Source of the DNA: a virus
DNA: 38,437 bases
Strand: one strand, 5' to 3'
IMG/VR virus record: IMGVR_UViG_3300045988_139483
Span: 1-38,437 of that record
Below, one piece after another: positions 9,196 through 18,664 of the stretch (its first letter is position 1; each line of letters opens with the position of its first letter). The notes below the pieces were generated by a model. It was not told the origin of the DNA and made no database searches. It worked only from the letters and a program-made list of their open reading frames with translations. Position numbers and translations under genes: made by a program.

Positions 9196-9783
9196 ATGGA
9201 AAGAAAAGAATTTATAAATTTATTTTGGAATTATTATCTTAATTTAGAAAATAGGTTTATAAATACCACGCAGTATGTTGAGGTCGATGAAAATAATTAT
9301 CAAACTTTTTCTATAGAATATATAGGATTATTACAAAGTATATGTGCAGAAATAGATACAATAATAAAAGAAATATGCGGTTTTAATCAAGAAGATTTTA
9401 AGAAAATCTCGATGTATTATGAGAAGATTATGAAGGACCCATTTTTTAAAAATATAATGGATGAAGAAACTATATACATCTACAAAAAGATTAATATAAA
9501 GCCATTTAATCAATGGGATGAAGAAAATTCGCCTCAATGGTGGAAAAGTTATAATGACGTTAAACATGAAAGAGTGGCAAAATATAAAAAAGGAAATCTA
9601 AAAAATGTTTTAAATGCATTATCGGCATTATATATTTTAGAAAGGTATAAAATTAAAGATATTGCAAACAAAACAAATGAAAGTTTAGATATTCCAGAGA
9701 TTGATTCTAAGGTTTTTAGATTAAAAAATTTAAAAACAGAAAATATTAATCTTGGTTTTAGAACTATAGGAAAAATATCCTAA
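9196..9783 (+). CDS. Accessory (moron) protein, possibly HEPN-like
   Basis: Own promoter and RBS (aaaggagg); all-helical; C-terminal WWKSYNDVKHERVAKYKKGNLKNVLNALSALYIL. Confidence 0.5.
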   Translation: MERKEFINLFWNYYLNLENRFINTTQYVEVDENNYQTFSIEYIGLLQSICAEIDTIIKEICGFNQEDFKKISMYYEKIMKDPFFKNIMDEETIYIYKKINIKPFNQWDEENSPQWWKSYNDVKHERVAKYKKGNLKNVLNALSALYILERYKIKDIANKTNESLDIPEIDSKVFRLKNLKTENINLGFRTIGKIS

Positions 9784-9787
9784 ACGA

Positions 9788-9811
9788 AGAGCTTATCAAA
9801 CGATAGGCTCT
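9788..9811 (+). terminator. Hairpin downstream of the 9196-9783 gene
   Basis: AGAGCTTATC-AAAC-GATAGGCTCT stem followed by a T-rich stretch. Confidence 0.5.
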
Positions 9812-9823
9812 ATTATTTATGCT

Positions 9824-10226
9824 ATTAACTGATACTAGATAAGTTGATATATATGTTGCTACTAGGCACACTCCTTTCATAAGATTCGTATATACAAGGC
9901 AATTCTAGTTAAGCCTTAGATATTTTGGAATGGTGAAAAGGTATCACAAGAGGCTTTGAACCTCTAGTTTTTAGTTCGAATCTAGATTCCAAAACCAAAG
10001 CTTTTACTCTTTTGGCGATGCTAGATGTAATTACAAAGAGCGGTTTACTATTATACGAGAAAAAATGGCGGTGTTAGTAATTTATCCGAAACGCGAAAAT
10101 TATAAATCTAGGTTATAGGTAATTGCTCCGTTCTAGTATAGGAGCCCCTAGTGCCGTAAAATAGTATAAAGTGATGTGCAGTTACATCATTTTCTAGTAT
10201 TTTATAAAATAACGAAAGAGGTGTTG
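9824..10226 (+). ncRNA. Unexplained structured/non-coding region flanking tRNA-Gln
   Basis: About 400 bp without a convincing ORF in a gene-dense genome; ten CTAG tetramers; local hairpins GCTCC..GGAGC and TGATGT..ACATCA. Confidence 0.4.
9924..9997 (+). tRNA. tRNA-Gln (anticodon TTG)
   Basis: TTTGGAA-TG-GTGA-AAAGGTA-TCAC-A-AGAGG-CTTTGAA-CCTCT-AGTT-TTTAG-TTCGAAT-CTAGA-TTCCAAA-A-CCA; full cloverleaf, encoded CCA. Confidence 0.95.
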
Positions 10227-10228
10227 TT

Positions 10229-10375
10229 ATGACTAATCAAGAAAGATATGAGAAATATGTAAAAGAAAATTGTAAGAACTGTAAAAATAAAGATAAGGAT
10301 CTATGCGAGATAAGAATATCCGCCTTAAATGACGTAGTCATAACAAAGTGTGCGTACTATGAAAAAGAAGATTAA
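10229..10375 (+). CDS. Small Cys-rich phage protein
   Basis: RBS gaaagaggtg; MTNQERYEKYVKENCKNCKNKDKDLCEIRISALNDVVITKCAYYEKED. Confidence 0.5.
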   Translation: MTNQERYEKYVKENCKNCKNKDKDLCEIRISALNDVVITKCAYYEKED

Positions 10376-10388
10376 TTACGAAAATTGT

Positions 10389-10502
10389 ATGAAATATAAA
10401 TGTGAGAGATGCAGGCACTATAATTATTGCTTTAAACATAAAGAAATAAAGGAGAACAAAGATGTATTTAAAGGTAAAATCAAAGAAGTTAAAAAATCTT
10501 AG
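10389..10502 (+). CDS. Small Cys-rich phage protein
   Basis: MKYKCERCRHYNYCFKHKEIKENKDVFKGKIKEVKKS with a CxxC..C pattern. Confidence 0.4.
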   Translation: MKYKCERCRHYNYCFKHKEIKENKDVFKGKIKEVKKS

Positions 10503-10740
10503 TATAAAAATATCAAAAGCGAAAAACAACTTGGTCGTAACTATACTAAATAAAAAAGGATATGAATGTGATAATTCACAAATAAGTCAAATAAAAGTAA
10601 ATAGAAAATTAAATTTAGAACAGAAAAAAGTAATATTAGAAAATCAAAACGAGAAAGTATCAAAAATAGGAAGCTACTATGTATGGGAAGCTGATGTTAT
10701 AGTAAAGATAGTAGACAAAGTGACAGGAAAAGAGGTATAA
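10462..10740 (+). CDS. Hypothetical phage protein
   Basis: ORF. Confidence 0.45.
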   Translation: MYLKVKSKKLKNLSIKISKAKNNLVVTILNKKGYECDNSQISQIKVNRKLNLEQKKVILENQNEKVSKIGSYYVWEADVIVKIVDKVTGKEV

Positions 10741-10744
10741 GACT

Positions 10745-10864
10745 ATGTGGAATATATTTTTAGCTGTAATATTAATTTGTGTAGGAGCGGTTGCTGTGGC
10801 GACTACTCTTTTTATTTTGGCTACAATATTAGACACATTGATAAAACAATTTAAAAACAAATAA
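10745..10864 (+). CDS. Small single-TM protein
   Basis: MWNIFLAVILICVGAVAVATTLFILATILDTLIKQFKNK. Confidence 0.4.
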   Translation: MWNIFLAVILICVGAVAVATTLFILATILDTLIKQFKNK

Positions 10865-10884
10865 GGAAAGAGAGGAAATCTTAT

Positions 10885-11463
10885 ATGACAGATGCACAAA
10901 AAAGATTTTGTGATGAGTATTTAATCGACCTTAATGCAACAAGAGCATATAAGGTTGCTTATTCAAGATGTAAAAAAGACGAAACCGCTAATGTAAATGG
11001 TAGTAAATTGCTAAGAAATACTAAGGTTCAAGAATACATATCAGAAAGAATGAAAAAACGAGAAAAAAGAACAGAAATAACACAAGACATGGTAATAAAA
11101 GAGTTGGCAGCAATAGCCTTTTCAAAAGCAAGTGATTATGCAAAATTAAAGAAGATGAAAAGAAATGTACCAATATTCGATGGAGAAGATATAGTTGATT
11201 ATAAGGAAGAAGAATATACTGGAATAGAGTTTACTCCTACAGATGAATTAACAGAAGAACAGAAAAAAGCATTGTCTGGAATAAAAGAAGGCAAATTTGG
11301 AATACAAGTAGATTCATGTGATAAAGTTAAAGCTCTTGAATTGTTAGGAAGACATTTAGGAATATTTAATGACAAAATGGATGTAAATGTTCAAGAAAAA
11401 GAAGAAAAGAAAAATGCTATATCAGATATATTAAATCAAATGCAAAGTGCAGATGATGTGTAA
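10885..11463 (+). CDS. terS: Terminase small subunit
   Basis: MTDAQKRFCDEYLIDLNATRAYKVAYSRCKKDETANVNGSKLLRN, adjacent to terL. Confidence 0.93.
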   Translation: MTDAQKRFCDEYLIDLNATRAYKVAYSRCKKDETANVNGSKLLRNTKVQEYISERMKKREKRTEITQDMVIKELAAIAFSKASDYAKLKKMKRNVPIFDGEDIVDYKEEEYTGIEFTPTDELTEEQKKALSGIKEGKFGIQVDSCDKVKALELLGRHLGIFNDKMDVNVQEKEEKKNAISDILNQMQSADDV

Positions 11464-12812
11464 TGTTAAAGTTAAGTCAAAAATATAAAGAGTTCTTACA
11501 AACAAAATGTAAAAGAGAGTTTTTAGAAGGAACAACTGCAGCAGGAAAAACAACAGTAGGAATATTCAAGTTTATGTGCATGGTTGCTGATTCTGATAAG
11601 AAGTATCATATTATTGCAGGTGATGATGTAGGAACGGTAGAAAAGAATGTAATAAACTCCGAAAATGGTTTACTAGAACAATTCGAAGATATAGCAGAGT
11701 ACTGGCCAAAAGGAAAAGATAAAATAAGACTACCACATATAAGATATGACACAAATAAAGGTGAAAAGATAATATATGTATGTGGTTATGGTGACAAAAA
11801 AAGATGGAAAAAAGTTTTAGGGGGACAAGTTGGGTGTGTATATCTAGATGAAGTAAACTTGGCAGATATGGAGTTTATGAGAGAAGTTACGCATAGATGT
11901 AAATACATGATGACAACATCAAATCCAGATGATCCATCATTAGACATATATAAAGAATTTATAAATAAAAGTAGACCAATACCAAAGTATGAAAAAGATT
12001 ATCCAACAGAATTACTAAAAGAATTAAAAGAACCTCATGTAAAAGGTTGGGTACACTGGTATTTTACTTTTTACGACAATGCAGCACTTACAAAAGAAGA
12101 TATACAAGAAAAAATAGATGCAACACCAATAGGAACAAAGATGTATAAAAACAAAATACAAGGACTAAGAGGAAAGGCAACGGGACTATGCTTTAATTTA
12201 CAACCTAAAAATATAATAACAGTAGAAGAAGCTAAGAAAATGAAATTCAAATTATTTTCTATTGGTTGTGATACATCATACTCAAAAGAAAGCCACGACA
12301 AGGTAACATTAGAAGGTATAGGTATAACAACAGATAATAAATGTGTATTATTAAAAGAAAGAACATTTAATAATAGAGATAGAACAATACCATTTGCACC
12401 AAGTGATGTAGTTCAATGGATAATACAATTCATGGAAGAATTTAAAAATGAATGGGGATTTGCAAGAACTTGTTTTATAGATAATGCAGACCAAGGAACA
12501 ATAATGGAAGCAAACAAAGCAAAAAGGCAAAATGCATTAGTATATAACTTTGAAAATGCATGGAAAAAGACAAAGATAATCACTAGAGTTCAACTACAAG
12601 AAAGTTGGTTGAATACTGGTGATTTTTTAATTGTTGAAACTTGCAAAGACTATATAGATGAATGTAACAAATATTCATTTGATGAAGATAATCAACCAGA
12701 AGACGGAAATGACCACAGCATAAATGGTTGTCAATATGCTTGGTTACCACACAAAAAGAAAATTGGTAATTGGGAAGTAATAAAGAAATTGATAAAAGAT
12801 GAGGAGGAATAA
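11463..12812 (+). CDS. terL: Terminase large subunit
   Basis: EGTTAAGKTT Walker A, VYLDEVN, SNPDDP, nuclease-domain DTSYS and HSINGCQYAW. Confidence 0.95.
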   Translation: MLKLSQKYKEFLQTKCKREFLEGTTAAGKTTVGIFKFMCMVADSDKKYHIIAGDDVGTVEKNVINSENGLLEQFEDIAEYWPKGKDKIRLPHIRYDTNKGEKIIYVCGYGDKKRWKKVLGGQVGCVYLDEVNLADMEFMREVTHRCKYMMTTSNPDDPSLDIYKEFINKSRPIPKYEKDYPTELLKELKEPHVKGWVHWYFTFYDNAALTKEDIQEKIDATPIGTKMYKNKIQGLRGKATGLCFNLQPKNIITVEEAKKMKFKLFSIGCDTSYSKESHDKVTLEGIGITTDNKCVLLKERTFNNRDRTIPFAPSDVVQWIIQFMEEFKNEWGFARTCFIDNADQGTIMEANKAKRQNALVYNFENAWKKTKIITRVQLQESWLNTGDFLIVETCKDYIDECNKYSFDEDNQPEDGNDHSINGCQYAWLPHKKKIGNWEVIKKLIKDEEE

Positions 12813-12815
12813 TAT

Positions 12816-12998
12816 ATGAGTACAAGAAGCACATTATTTCAAACACCAACAATTGAGATAGATCAAAGTAGATATGAAGAATTAATACAAGAGGAATTAA
12901 AATATAAACAATATAAAGAACAAGCACCAATAGAAGTAATTAGAATAATAGAAGGTCAAGATAGTGAAATTGCAACAACTGAAAGTTTGGAGGAATAA
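12816..12998 (+). CDS. Hypothetical small protein between terL and portal
   Basis: ORF. Confidence 0.45.
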   Translation: MSTRSTLFQTPTIEIDQSRYEELIQEELKYKQYKEQAPIEVIRIIEGQDSEIATTESLEE

Positions 12999-12999
12999 A

Positions 13000-14472
13000 A
13001 TGGGAACAGTCAATGACAAAATAAAAAATGTAATACGAAATTGGTTAGAAATACAACCAAGCGTAGGAGACACAATAACAATACAAGAAACAAATACATT
13101 TGAAGGTAATTGTTTTAGAAATCTATTGTGGTATAGAGGAGATGCCTCAGAATTACATCAATATTATACACAAACAGATGACTTGATGGGAAATGCTAAG
13201 TTTTGGGCAGCACAAAGTACAACTGGTATAAATATCAGAAAAATACATACTGGATTACCTGCTATGATAGTTGATATGTTAGCTGATATAATAGTTGATA
13301 GTTTTAATAAAATAGAAGTTAAAGGAAACAATGAAGCACAAACAAATTGGGAAGAAATAGCAAAAGAAAATGACTTCAAAGAAACATTAAAACAAGCAAT
13401 AATTGATGTATTTGTGCAATGTGATGGTGCATTTAAGATAAGTTATGATACAGACATAAGTAAATATCCAATAATAGAGTTTTATTCTGGACAGGATGTT
13501 GATTACGAATATACAAGAGGAAGGATAACAGGAATAAACTTTAAAAATAAATACAGTAAAAAAGATGCTTGCTATACTTTGTTTGAAAAATACTCAAAAA
13601 ATGGAATAAAATATGAACTATACAAAAATGACAAATTAATGGATAATTACAGAGCCATTCCAGAAACAGCAGATTTAAAAGAACCAAGAGACACAAATTT
13701 TATGTTGGCTGTACCTATGATGTTTAATAAATCAAAGAAATATAAAGGCAGAGGACAAAGTATATTAGAGAAAAAATTGGATGCGTTCGATAGTTTTGAC
13801 GAAGTGTGGAGTAAATGGATAGATGCATTAAGAGATAATAGAACAATAACATATATTCCAGAAGATTTAATTCCGACAGACGACAATGGCAATTTATTAA
13901 AGCCCAATACATTTGATAACAGATATGCAAAAACAGGCAGTTCATCAACAGAAACAGAAAGCAGCAAGATAACAAGAGAAAAAGGAGATTTTGATTACGA
14001 AGGTATGTTGCAGTCATATATAACTGCATTAGATTTATGTTTACAAGGATTAATAAGCCCATCAACATTAGGAATAGACGTAAAGAAACTTGATAATGCA
14101 GATGCACAGAGAGAAAAAGAAAAGGCAACACAATATACAAGAGGTAAAGTAATTGACGTATTAGAAAAGGTTATTCCTAAGTTGGTTACAATATGTTTAA
14201 AAACATATGATTTAGCACAAGAAAAAATAGCAGGAGAGTATACAGCCATAGTTGATTTCAAAGAATATGCTAATCCAAGTTTTGAAGCAACAGTAGAAAC
14301 GGTATCAAAGGCTAGGCCAGGTCAAAATGTAATGAGCATTGAAAAAACAGTTGATACAATGTACGGTGATAGTTTAACAAAAGAAGAAAAAGAAGAAGAA
14401 GTAAAAAGACTAAAAGAAGAAGCAGGAATAATTAAAAAAGAAGAACCTAATATAATGGAACCATTAGAGTAG
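13000..14472 (+). CDS. Portal protein (SPP1 Gp6-like)
   Basis: ATG 13000 after TTGGAGG; YRGDASELHQYYTQ..., position between terL and minor head protein. Confidence 0.92.
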   Translation: MGTVNDKIKNVIRNWLEIQPSVGDTITIQETNTFEGNCFRNLLWYRGDASELHQYYTQTDDLMGNAKFWAAQSTTGINIRKIHTGLPAMIVDMLADIIVDSFNKIEVKGNNEAQTNWEEIAKENDFKETLKQAIIDVFVQCDGAFKISYDTDISKYPIIEFYSGQDVDYEYTRGRITGINFKNKYSKKDACYTLFEKYSKNGIKYELYKNDKLMDNYRAIPETADLKEPRDTNFMLAVPMMFNKSKKYKGRGQSILEKKLDAFDSFDEVWSKWIDALRDNRTITYIPEDLIPTDDNGNLLKPNTFDNRYAKTGSSSTETESSKITREKGDFDYEGMLQSYITALDLCLQGLISPSTLGIDVKKLDNADAQREKEKATQYTRGKVIDVLEKVIPKLVTICLKTYDLAQEKIAGEYTAIVDFKEYANPSFEATVETVSKARPGQNVMSIEKTVDTMYGDSLTKEEKEEEVKRLKEEAGIIKKEEPNIMEPLE

Positions 14473-14480
14473 GTGATTAA

Positions 14481-15974
14481 ATGCAAAATGAATATGATAT
14501 AAAAAAAGTAATGGAAGAAATAGAGTTACAATTAATTGCGTCTATGCGAAGAACATTATGGAGTCATAAAGAAGACGAAAAAGCAAAAGGATTTGATTGG
14601 CCACAATGGCAAGCATTAAAATTAAAGCAGTTAGAGCAGTACAGAAAACAAAATAAAGAAATTTTCAAAGGATTTAATAAACAGATAAACATATGGACTA
14701 AAATTCGAATGAGAAAGCAATTTAGAGAAGGTGCTAGTAGAACAAATAAGAAAGCTATAAAAGCAGGAATAATAAAGAAAGAAGATTCACAATTGGGTGG
14801 GTCTTTTTTTGGATTAAATCACAGAAAATTAGATGCACTAATAAAAAGTACTAAATATGATATGAAAGATGTTAAATATGCAACATTGAGAATGGCTGAT
14901 GATCAGTACAGACAGATTATATATAAAGCACAAGTATTTGCTAATACAGGAGCAGAAACAGTAAAACAAGCTATTGATATGGCAAGTAAAGAATTTTTAG
15001 CAAGAGGCTTTAATTGTATTGAATACAAAAATGGTACAAGACATAATATAGCTGATTATTGTGACATGGCTATTAGGACAGCTAACAAAAGAGCTAATCT
15101 AATGGGTGAAGGCGAAATGCGAAAGAAATTAGGCAATCCATTAGTATATATATCAAAACATGGTGGTGCATGTGACGCATGTACACCGTGGGAAGGAAGA
15201 GTATATATAGACGATGTATGGTCTGGAGGAAAAGAAGATGATGGAGAATATCCGTTATTAAGCACTGCAATAGCAGGAGGGTTATTTCATCCTAGGTGCC
15301 AACATGGTGCCAGCACATATTATGAGGGCATAAATAATGAGCCAGAAGAAGTCAAAAAAGCAAAACACAATCATGATAAAGAAGATACTTATACTCAATA
15401 TTTACAACAAAGACAGAAACAATATGAAAGATTGGCAGTAGGAAGTTTATTACCTGAAAATGTATTAAATTACCAAAGTAAAGCTAATGAATTGCAAAAC
15501 CAAATAGAAAGTAGTAAAATAGGATTGTCAAACGACGAACAATACGCAATAAATCAATATATTAGTTCAGAAAGTTATAAGATAAACGAAATATTAAGGA
15601 ATAATCTCAAATTTGATAATGCTCAAGAGAACATAATTAAACACTTGGATGAAGCACTGAAAAAATGTAATGACTACAATGGAACAATAGTAAGAGTCTT
15701 AGACATAAGAAGTAGTAAAAAATTAAAAGAATTTATAGATATGAATAAATTAAATAAACCAATAATGTTCAATGAATATTTATCATTTTCAAGTAAATCT
15801 GATTACAATGAAAATGCTAATGTAATAATATATACTGTGTCGAGCAAAGCAAAAGACTTAAGAAACTTTAATCCAGATGAAGCTGAAATATTATATCCAA
15901 GAAATAGTAAGTTTATTGTTGAAAACGTAAAGAAAATAGATGACAAATATTATTTATTATGGAGGGAAATTTAA
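14481..15974 (+). CDS. MuF-type minor capsid protein with C-terminal ADP-ribosyltransferase-like domain
   Basis: Minor capsid region KLGNPLVYISKHGGACDACTPWEGRVYIDD..HPRCQHG; C-terminus NGTIVRVLDIR..FNEYLSFSSKSD..DEAEILYPRNSKFIVENV matches the R / S-x-S / E-x-E layout of ART exotoxins. Confidence 0.85.
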   Translation: MQNEYDIKKVMEEIELQLIASMRRTLWSHKEDEKAKGFDWPQWQALKLKQLEQYRKQNKEIFKGFNKQINIWTKIRMRKQFREGASRTNKKAIKAGIIKKEDSQLGGSFFGLNHRKLDALIKSTKYDMKDVKYATLRMADDQYRQIIYKAQVFANTGAETVKQAIDMASKEFLARGFNCIEYKNGTRHNIADYCDMAIRTANKRANLMGEGEMRKKLGNPLVYISKHGGACDACTPWEGRVYIDDVWSGGKEDDGEYPLLSTAIAGGLFHPRCQHGASTYYEGINNEPEEVKKAKHNHDKEDTYTQYLQQRQKQYERLAVGSLLPENVLNYQSKANELQNQIESSKIGLSNDEQYAINQYISSESYKINEILRNNLKFDNAQENIIKHLDEALKKCNDYNGTIVRVLDIRSSKKLKEFIDMNKLNKPIMFNEYLSFSSKSDYNENANVIIYTVSSKAKDLRNFNPDEAEILYPRNSKFIVENVKKIDDKYYLLWREI

Positions 15975-16123
15975 TGAAAAATCCTAGATGGATAAATGAA
16001 ATACCTAAACCAATTCAAATAAATGAGAAAGTTGAAATAACAGGTGAAATGAAAAAAGAGGCAGAAGAGTTTTCAAAGGCAGTTGAGAACGGAAAAATTG
16101 ATAAATGGTTTAACAAAAAATAA
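15974..16123 (+). CDS. Small protein coupled to the MuF-ART gene, candidate immunity/antitoxin
   Basis: ATG overlaps upstream TAA; MKNPRWINEIPKPIQINEKVEITGEMKKEAEEFSKAVENGKIDKWFNKK. Confidence 0.45.
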   Translation: MKNPRWINEIPKPIQINEKVEITGEMKKEAEEFSKAVENGKIDKWFNKK

Positions 16124-16135
16124 AATTTTGTATTA

Positions 16136-16179
16136 TTCGACAAATTTTGACAAATTATGCCGAGAAAAAGTGATATACT
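16136..16179 (+). promoter_or_regulatory. Promoter with TTCGACA/TTTGACA repeats and extended -10 TGATATACT
   Basis: TTCGACA 16136, TTTGACA 16146 (10-bp spacing), N21, TATACT 16174-16179. Confidence 0.6.
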
Positions 16180-16212
16180 TCTTTTATAATATAAATAAAA
16201 GGAGGAAAAAAT

Positions 16213-16869
16213 ATGGCAAGATATGAAAAAGAATCCACAAAAGCATTATACAAAAGAGGATGGTTTTGGATAATTATTGTAGGCCTAGGAATAATTATAG
16301 GTGTGACTCAAAATAGTAAAACCGTGACTACTTCAACTAACAGTTATCAGAAAGATAACTCAGTAGAAGTTACAATAGTAGATTTTAGTACAATGTCAAA
16401 AGAAGAAGCCAAAACATGGATGGATACAAATAAGATCAATTGTAAAATAATCGAAGAGTATTCAAACGATATCACAAAAGGAAAATTTGTAAGTCAAAGT
16501 ATTTTAGCGAATACAGTGGCTCATCAAGGGGACAAAATTACTATAGTATATTCATTGGGAAAAGAACCTACTACAGAGGAAAAGAATGCATTAAAAAAAG
16601 CAGAAACTTATTCTAATTCTTTACATATGTCGAAACAAGGTATTTATAACCAACTAACATCATCAATAGAAGGCTTTACAAAAGAAGCAGCACAATATGC
16701 AATTGATAATATAGAAGCAGATTGGAATAAAAATGCTTTAGAAAAAGCAAAAACATATCAAACAAGCATGAATATGTCAAGCAAAGCAATATATAATCAG
16801 CTAGTATCGTCAGTAGAAGGATTTACGAAGAGTGAAGCTCAATATGCAATTGATAATTTAGATAAATAA
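16213..16869 (+). CDS. Membrane protein with PASTA-like and two Ltp-type repeats; candidate superinfection exclusion
   Basis: N-terminal TM; repeats ALKKAETYSNSLHMSKQGIYNQLTSSIEGFTKEAAQYAIDNI and ALEKAKTYQTSMNMSSKAIYNQLVSSVEGFTKSEAQYAIDNL. Confidence 0.85.
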   Translation: MARYEKESTKALYKRGWFWIIIVGLGIIIGVTQNSKTVTTSTNSYQKDNSVEVTIVDFSTMSKEEAKTWMDTNKINCKIIEEYSNDITKGKFVSQSILANTVAHQGDKITIVYSLGKEPTTEEKNALKKAETYSNSLHMSKQGIYNQLTSSIEGFTKEAAQYAIDNIEADWNKNALEKAKTYQTSMNMSSKAIYNQLVSSVEGFTKSEAQYAIDNLDK

Positions 16870-16874
16870 AATAT

Positions 16875-16907
16875 AAACACTTACAGAAATGTAGGTGTTT
16901 TTTTATA
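16875..16907 (+). terminator. Rho-independent terminator
   Basis: AAACACTTACA-GAAA-TGTAGGTGTTT 11-bp stem then T run. Confidence 0.9.
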
Positions 16908-16908
16908 T

Positions 16909-16982
16909 ACAAGTTTAGTGCAATGGTAGCACAACAGTCTCCAAAACTGTTGATAGTGGTTCAAATCCATTAACTTGTGCCA
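16909..16982 (+). tRNA. tRNA-Trp (anticodon CCA)
   Basis: ACAAGTT-TA-GTGC-AATGGTA-GCAC-A-ACAGT-CTCCAAA-ACTGT-TGAT-AGTGG-TTCAAAT-CCATT-AACTTGT-G-CCA. Confidence 0.95.
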
Positions 16983-16993
16983 TTTTTAGAATT

Positions 16994-17017
16994 AGAGTCT
17001 TAAAAGGCTCTTTTTTT
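16994..17017 (+). terminator. Terminator-like hairpin after tRNA-Trp
   Basis: AGAGTC-TTAAAA-GGCTCT followed by T run. Confidence 0.6.
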
Positions 17018-17064
17018 ATTGTAAAAATTATGGTCGACGGACCTTAAACGGGGGAGGTTCCAAT

Positions 17065-17664
17065 ATGGAAGACGAAAAAAAAGAAAATGTAGATACTCAA
17101 ACTACAACAGATAATGCTCAAAAAGAGCAAAGAGCTGAAAACAAAAATGAGGGTGAGAAAACTAAAAAACAAGTAGCACAAAAAGGTGATGATGGTTCAA
17201 TAGTTTTCAAAAATCAAGATGAGCTAGACGGATTTATTAGAAGAATGTATGCCAAAGGTGCTGAAAAAGCAGAGCAAGGTGAAACTTCTAAACAAGTTCA
17301 AGACACTCAAAACAAACAAGAAGACAAAGGACAAGAAGAGCAAAAAGAGACTGTTCAAACAGACTATACTGACAAAATAGCACTTGCTATGGCCAAAGCT
17401 GGTGTAGATGTCAAAAAAGTTGAAAGAGCAGCAAGATTAGTTGATATGTCAAAAGTTCTAGAAAACGGTGTATTAGATGCTAAGAAACTAGAAGATGAAA
17501 TCAACGCAGTAATTTCTGAATTTCCTGAGTTAAAAATAGCAAAGGAAGAAGAAAAAGAAGAAAAAGGATTTAAATTCGGAGCAACACAAAGTAACTCTGA
17601 TGAAAATCAAAAAGACAAAAAGCCTGTAGCTACAAAAAGATGGAACAGGTTTAATTCATTTTAG
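17065..17664 (+). CDS. Capsid scaffolding protein
   Basis: Acidic/Gln-rich coiled coil directly upstream of the capsid gene. Confidence 0.8.
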   Translation: MEDEKKENVDTQTTTDNAQKEQRAENKNEGEKTKKQVAQKGDDGSIVFKNQDELDGFIRRMYAKGAEKAEQGETSKQVQDTQNKQEDKGQEEQKETVQTDYTDKIALAMAKAGVDVKKVERAARLVDMSKVLENGVLDAKKLEDEINAVISEFPELKIAKEEEKEEKGFKFGATQSNSDENQKDKKPVATKRWNRFNSF

Positions 17665-17677
17665 GAGGTAATTAATT

Positions 17678-18655
17678 ATGGCAAATTCATTGAATTATGC
17701 AGAGGTTTGGCTTCCAGACCTATTAGAAATAATGGAGCAAGATAGTTTAACATCACCATTTATAACATCAAACGTTAAATGGGTAGGTGCTAAAACATTT
17801 CATTTTACACAAATGAAGACAAGTGGTTATAAATCACATAATAGAAATGGTGGATGGAATAAAGGTAGTTATGAACAAAATGATGTACCTTATACAGTTA
17901 CACATGATAGAGATATTGAATTTTTAGTAGATGTAGCAGATGTTGATGAAACAAATCAAACAGCATCAATAAAAAATATATCTAAAACATTCCATAAAAC
18001 TCAACAAGTTCCAGAGATGGACGCATATTTCTTTTCAAAAGTAGCAAGTGAAGCACAAAAATTAACAGGGTATCATAGTTCTACAGCTGAATCAGAGTGG
18101 ACAAAAGCAAATGTATTTACAAAATTAAAAGGTATGCTTAGTGCTGGAAAATTAAGAAGATATGCAAAAAATGGTTCATTAATTTGTTATGTTAGAAGTT
18201 TTATTATGGATTTATTAGAACAATCTACAGACTTCACAAGAAAAATAGAAATGACACAGATAGCAGAAGGTGGAATTGGTATAGAAACTAGAATTACAGA
18301 CATCGATGGTGTAACTATTATGGAAGTTATAGATGATGAAAGATTTTATGACAAATTTGATTTTACAGATGGATTTGAACCAGTTGAAAAAGTAACTGCT
18401 GATCCAGGTAAAGGAATAGAAGCTGTAACAGGTTCTCATAAAATAAATGTTTTAATTGCATCTCTTGAAACTGTAAAAACAGTTCCAAAGATATCTAACA
18501 TATATTATTTTGCACCAGGTTCACATACAGAAGGTGATGGATATTTATATCAAGATCACTCATTATCTGATACATTTGTTTTTCCAAACGGAAAAGATAA
18601 TAAAATTGATAGTATATATGTTGATGTTGATACAACTGAATATGCTGGAGAATAG
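17678..18655 (+). CDS. Major capsid protein
   Basis: Position after scaffold; WVGAKTFHFTQMKTSGYKSHNRNGGWNKGSYEQND... resembles HK97-fold capsid proteins. Confidence 0.85.
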   Translation: MANSLNYAEVWLPDLLEIMEQDSLTSPFITSNVKWVGAKTFHFTQMKTSGYKSHNRNGGWNKGSYEQNDVPYTVTHDRDIEFLVDVADVDETNQTASIKNISKTFHKTQQVPEMDAYFFSKVASEAQKLTGYHSSTAESEWTKANVFTKLKGMLSAGKLRRYAKNGSLICYVRSFIMDLLEQSTDFTRKIEMTQIAEGGIGIETRITDIDGVTIMEVIDDERFYDKFDFTDGFEPVEKVTADPGKGIEAVTGSHKINVLIASLETVKTVPKISNIYYFAPGSHTEGDGYLYQDHSLSDTFVFPNGKDNKIDSIYVDVDTTEYAGE

Positions 18656-18664
18656 GAGGGCACA

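Noticed and set aside
16909-16982. tRNA-Trp as evidence of TGA-to-Trp recoding in this phage
   Set aside because: Anticodon is CCA (reads UGG), and TGA serves as a plausible stop (e.g. 21552-21554).
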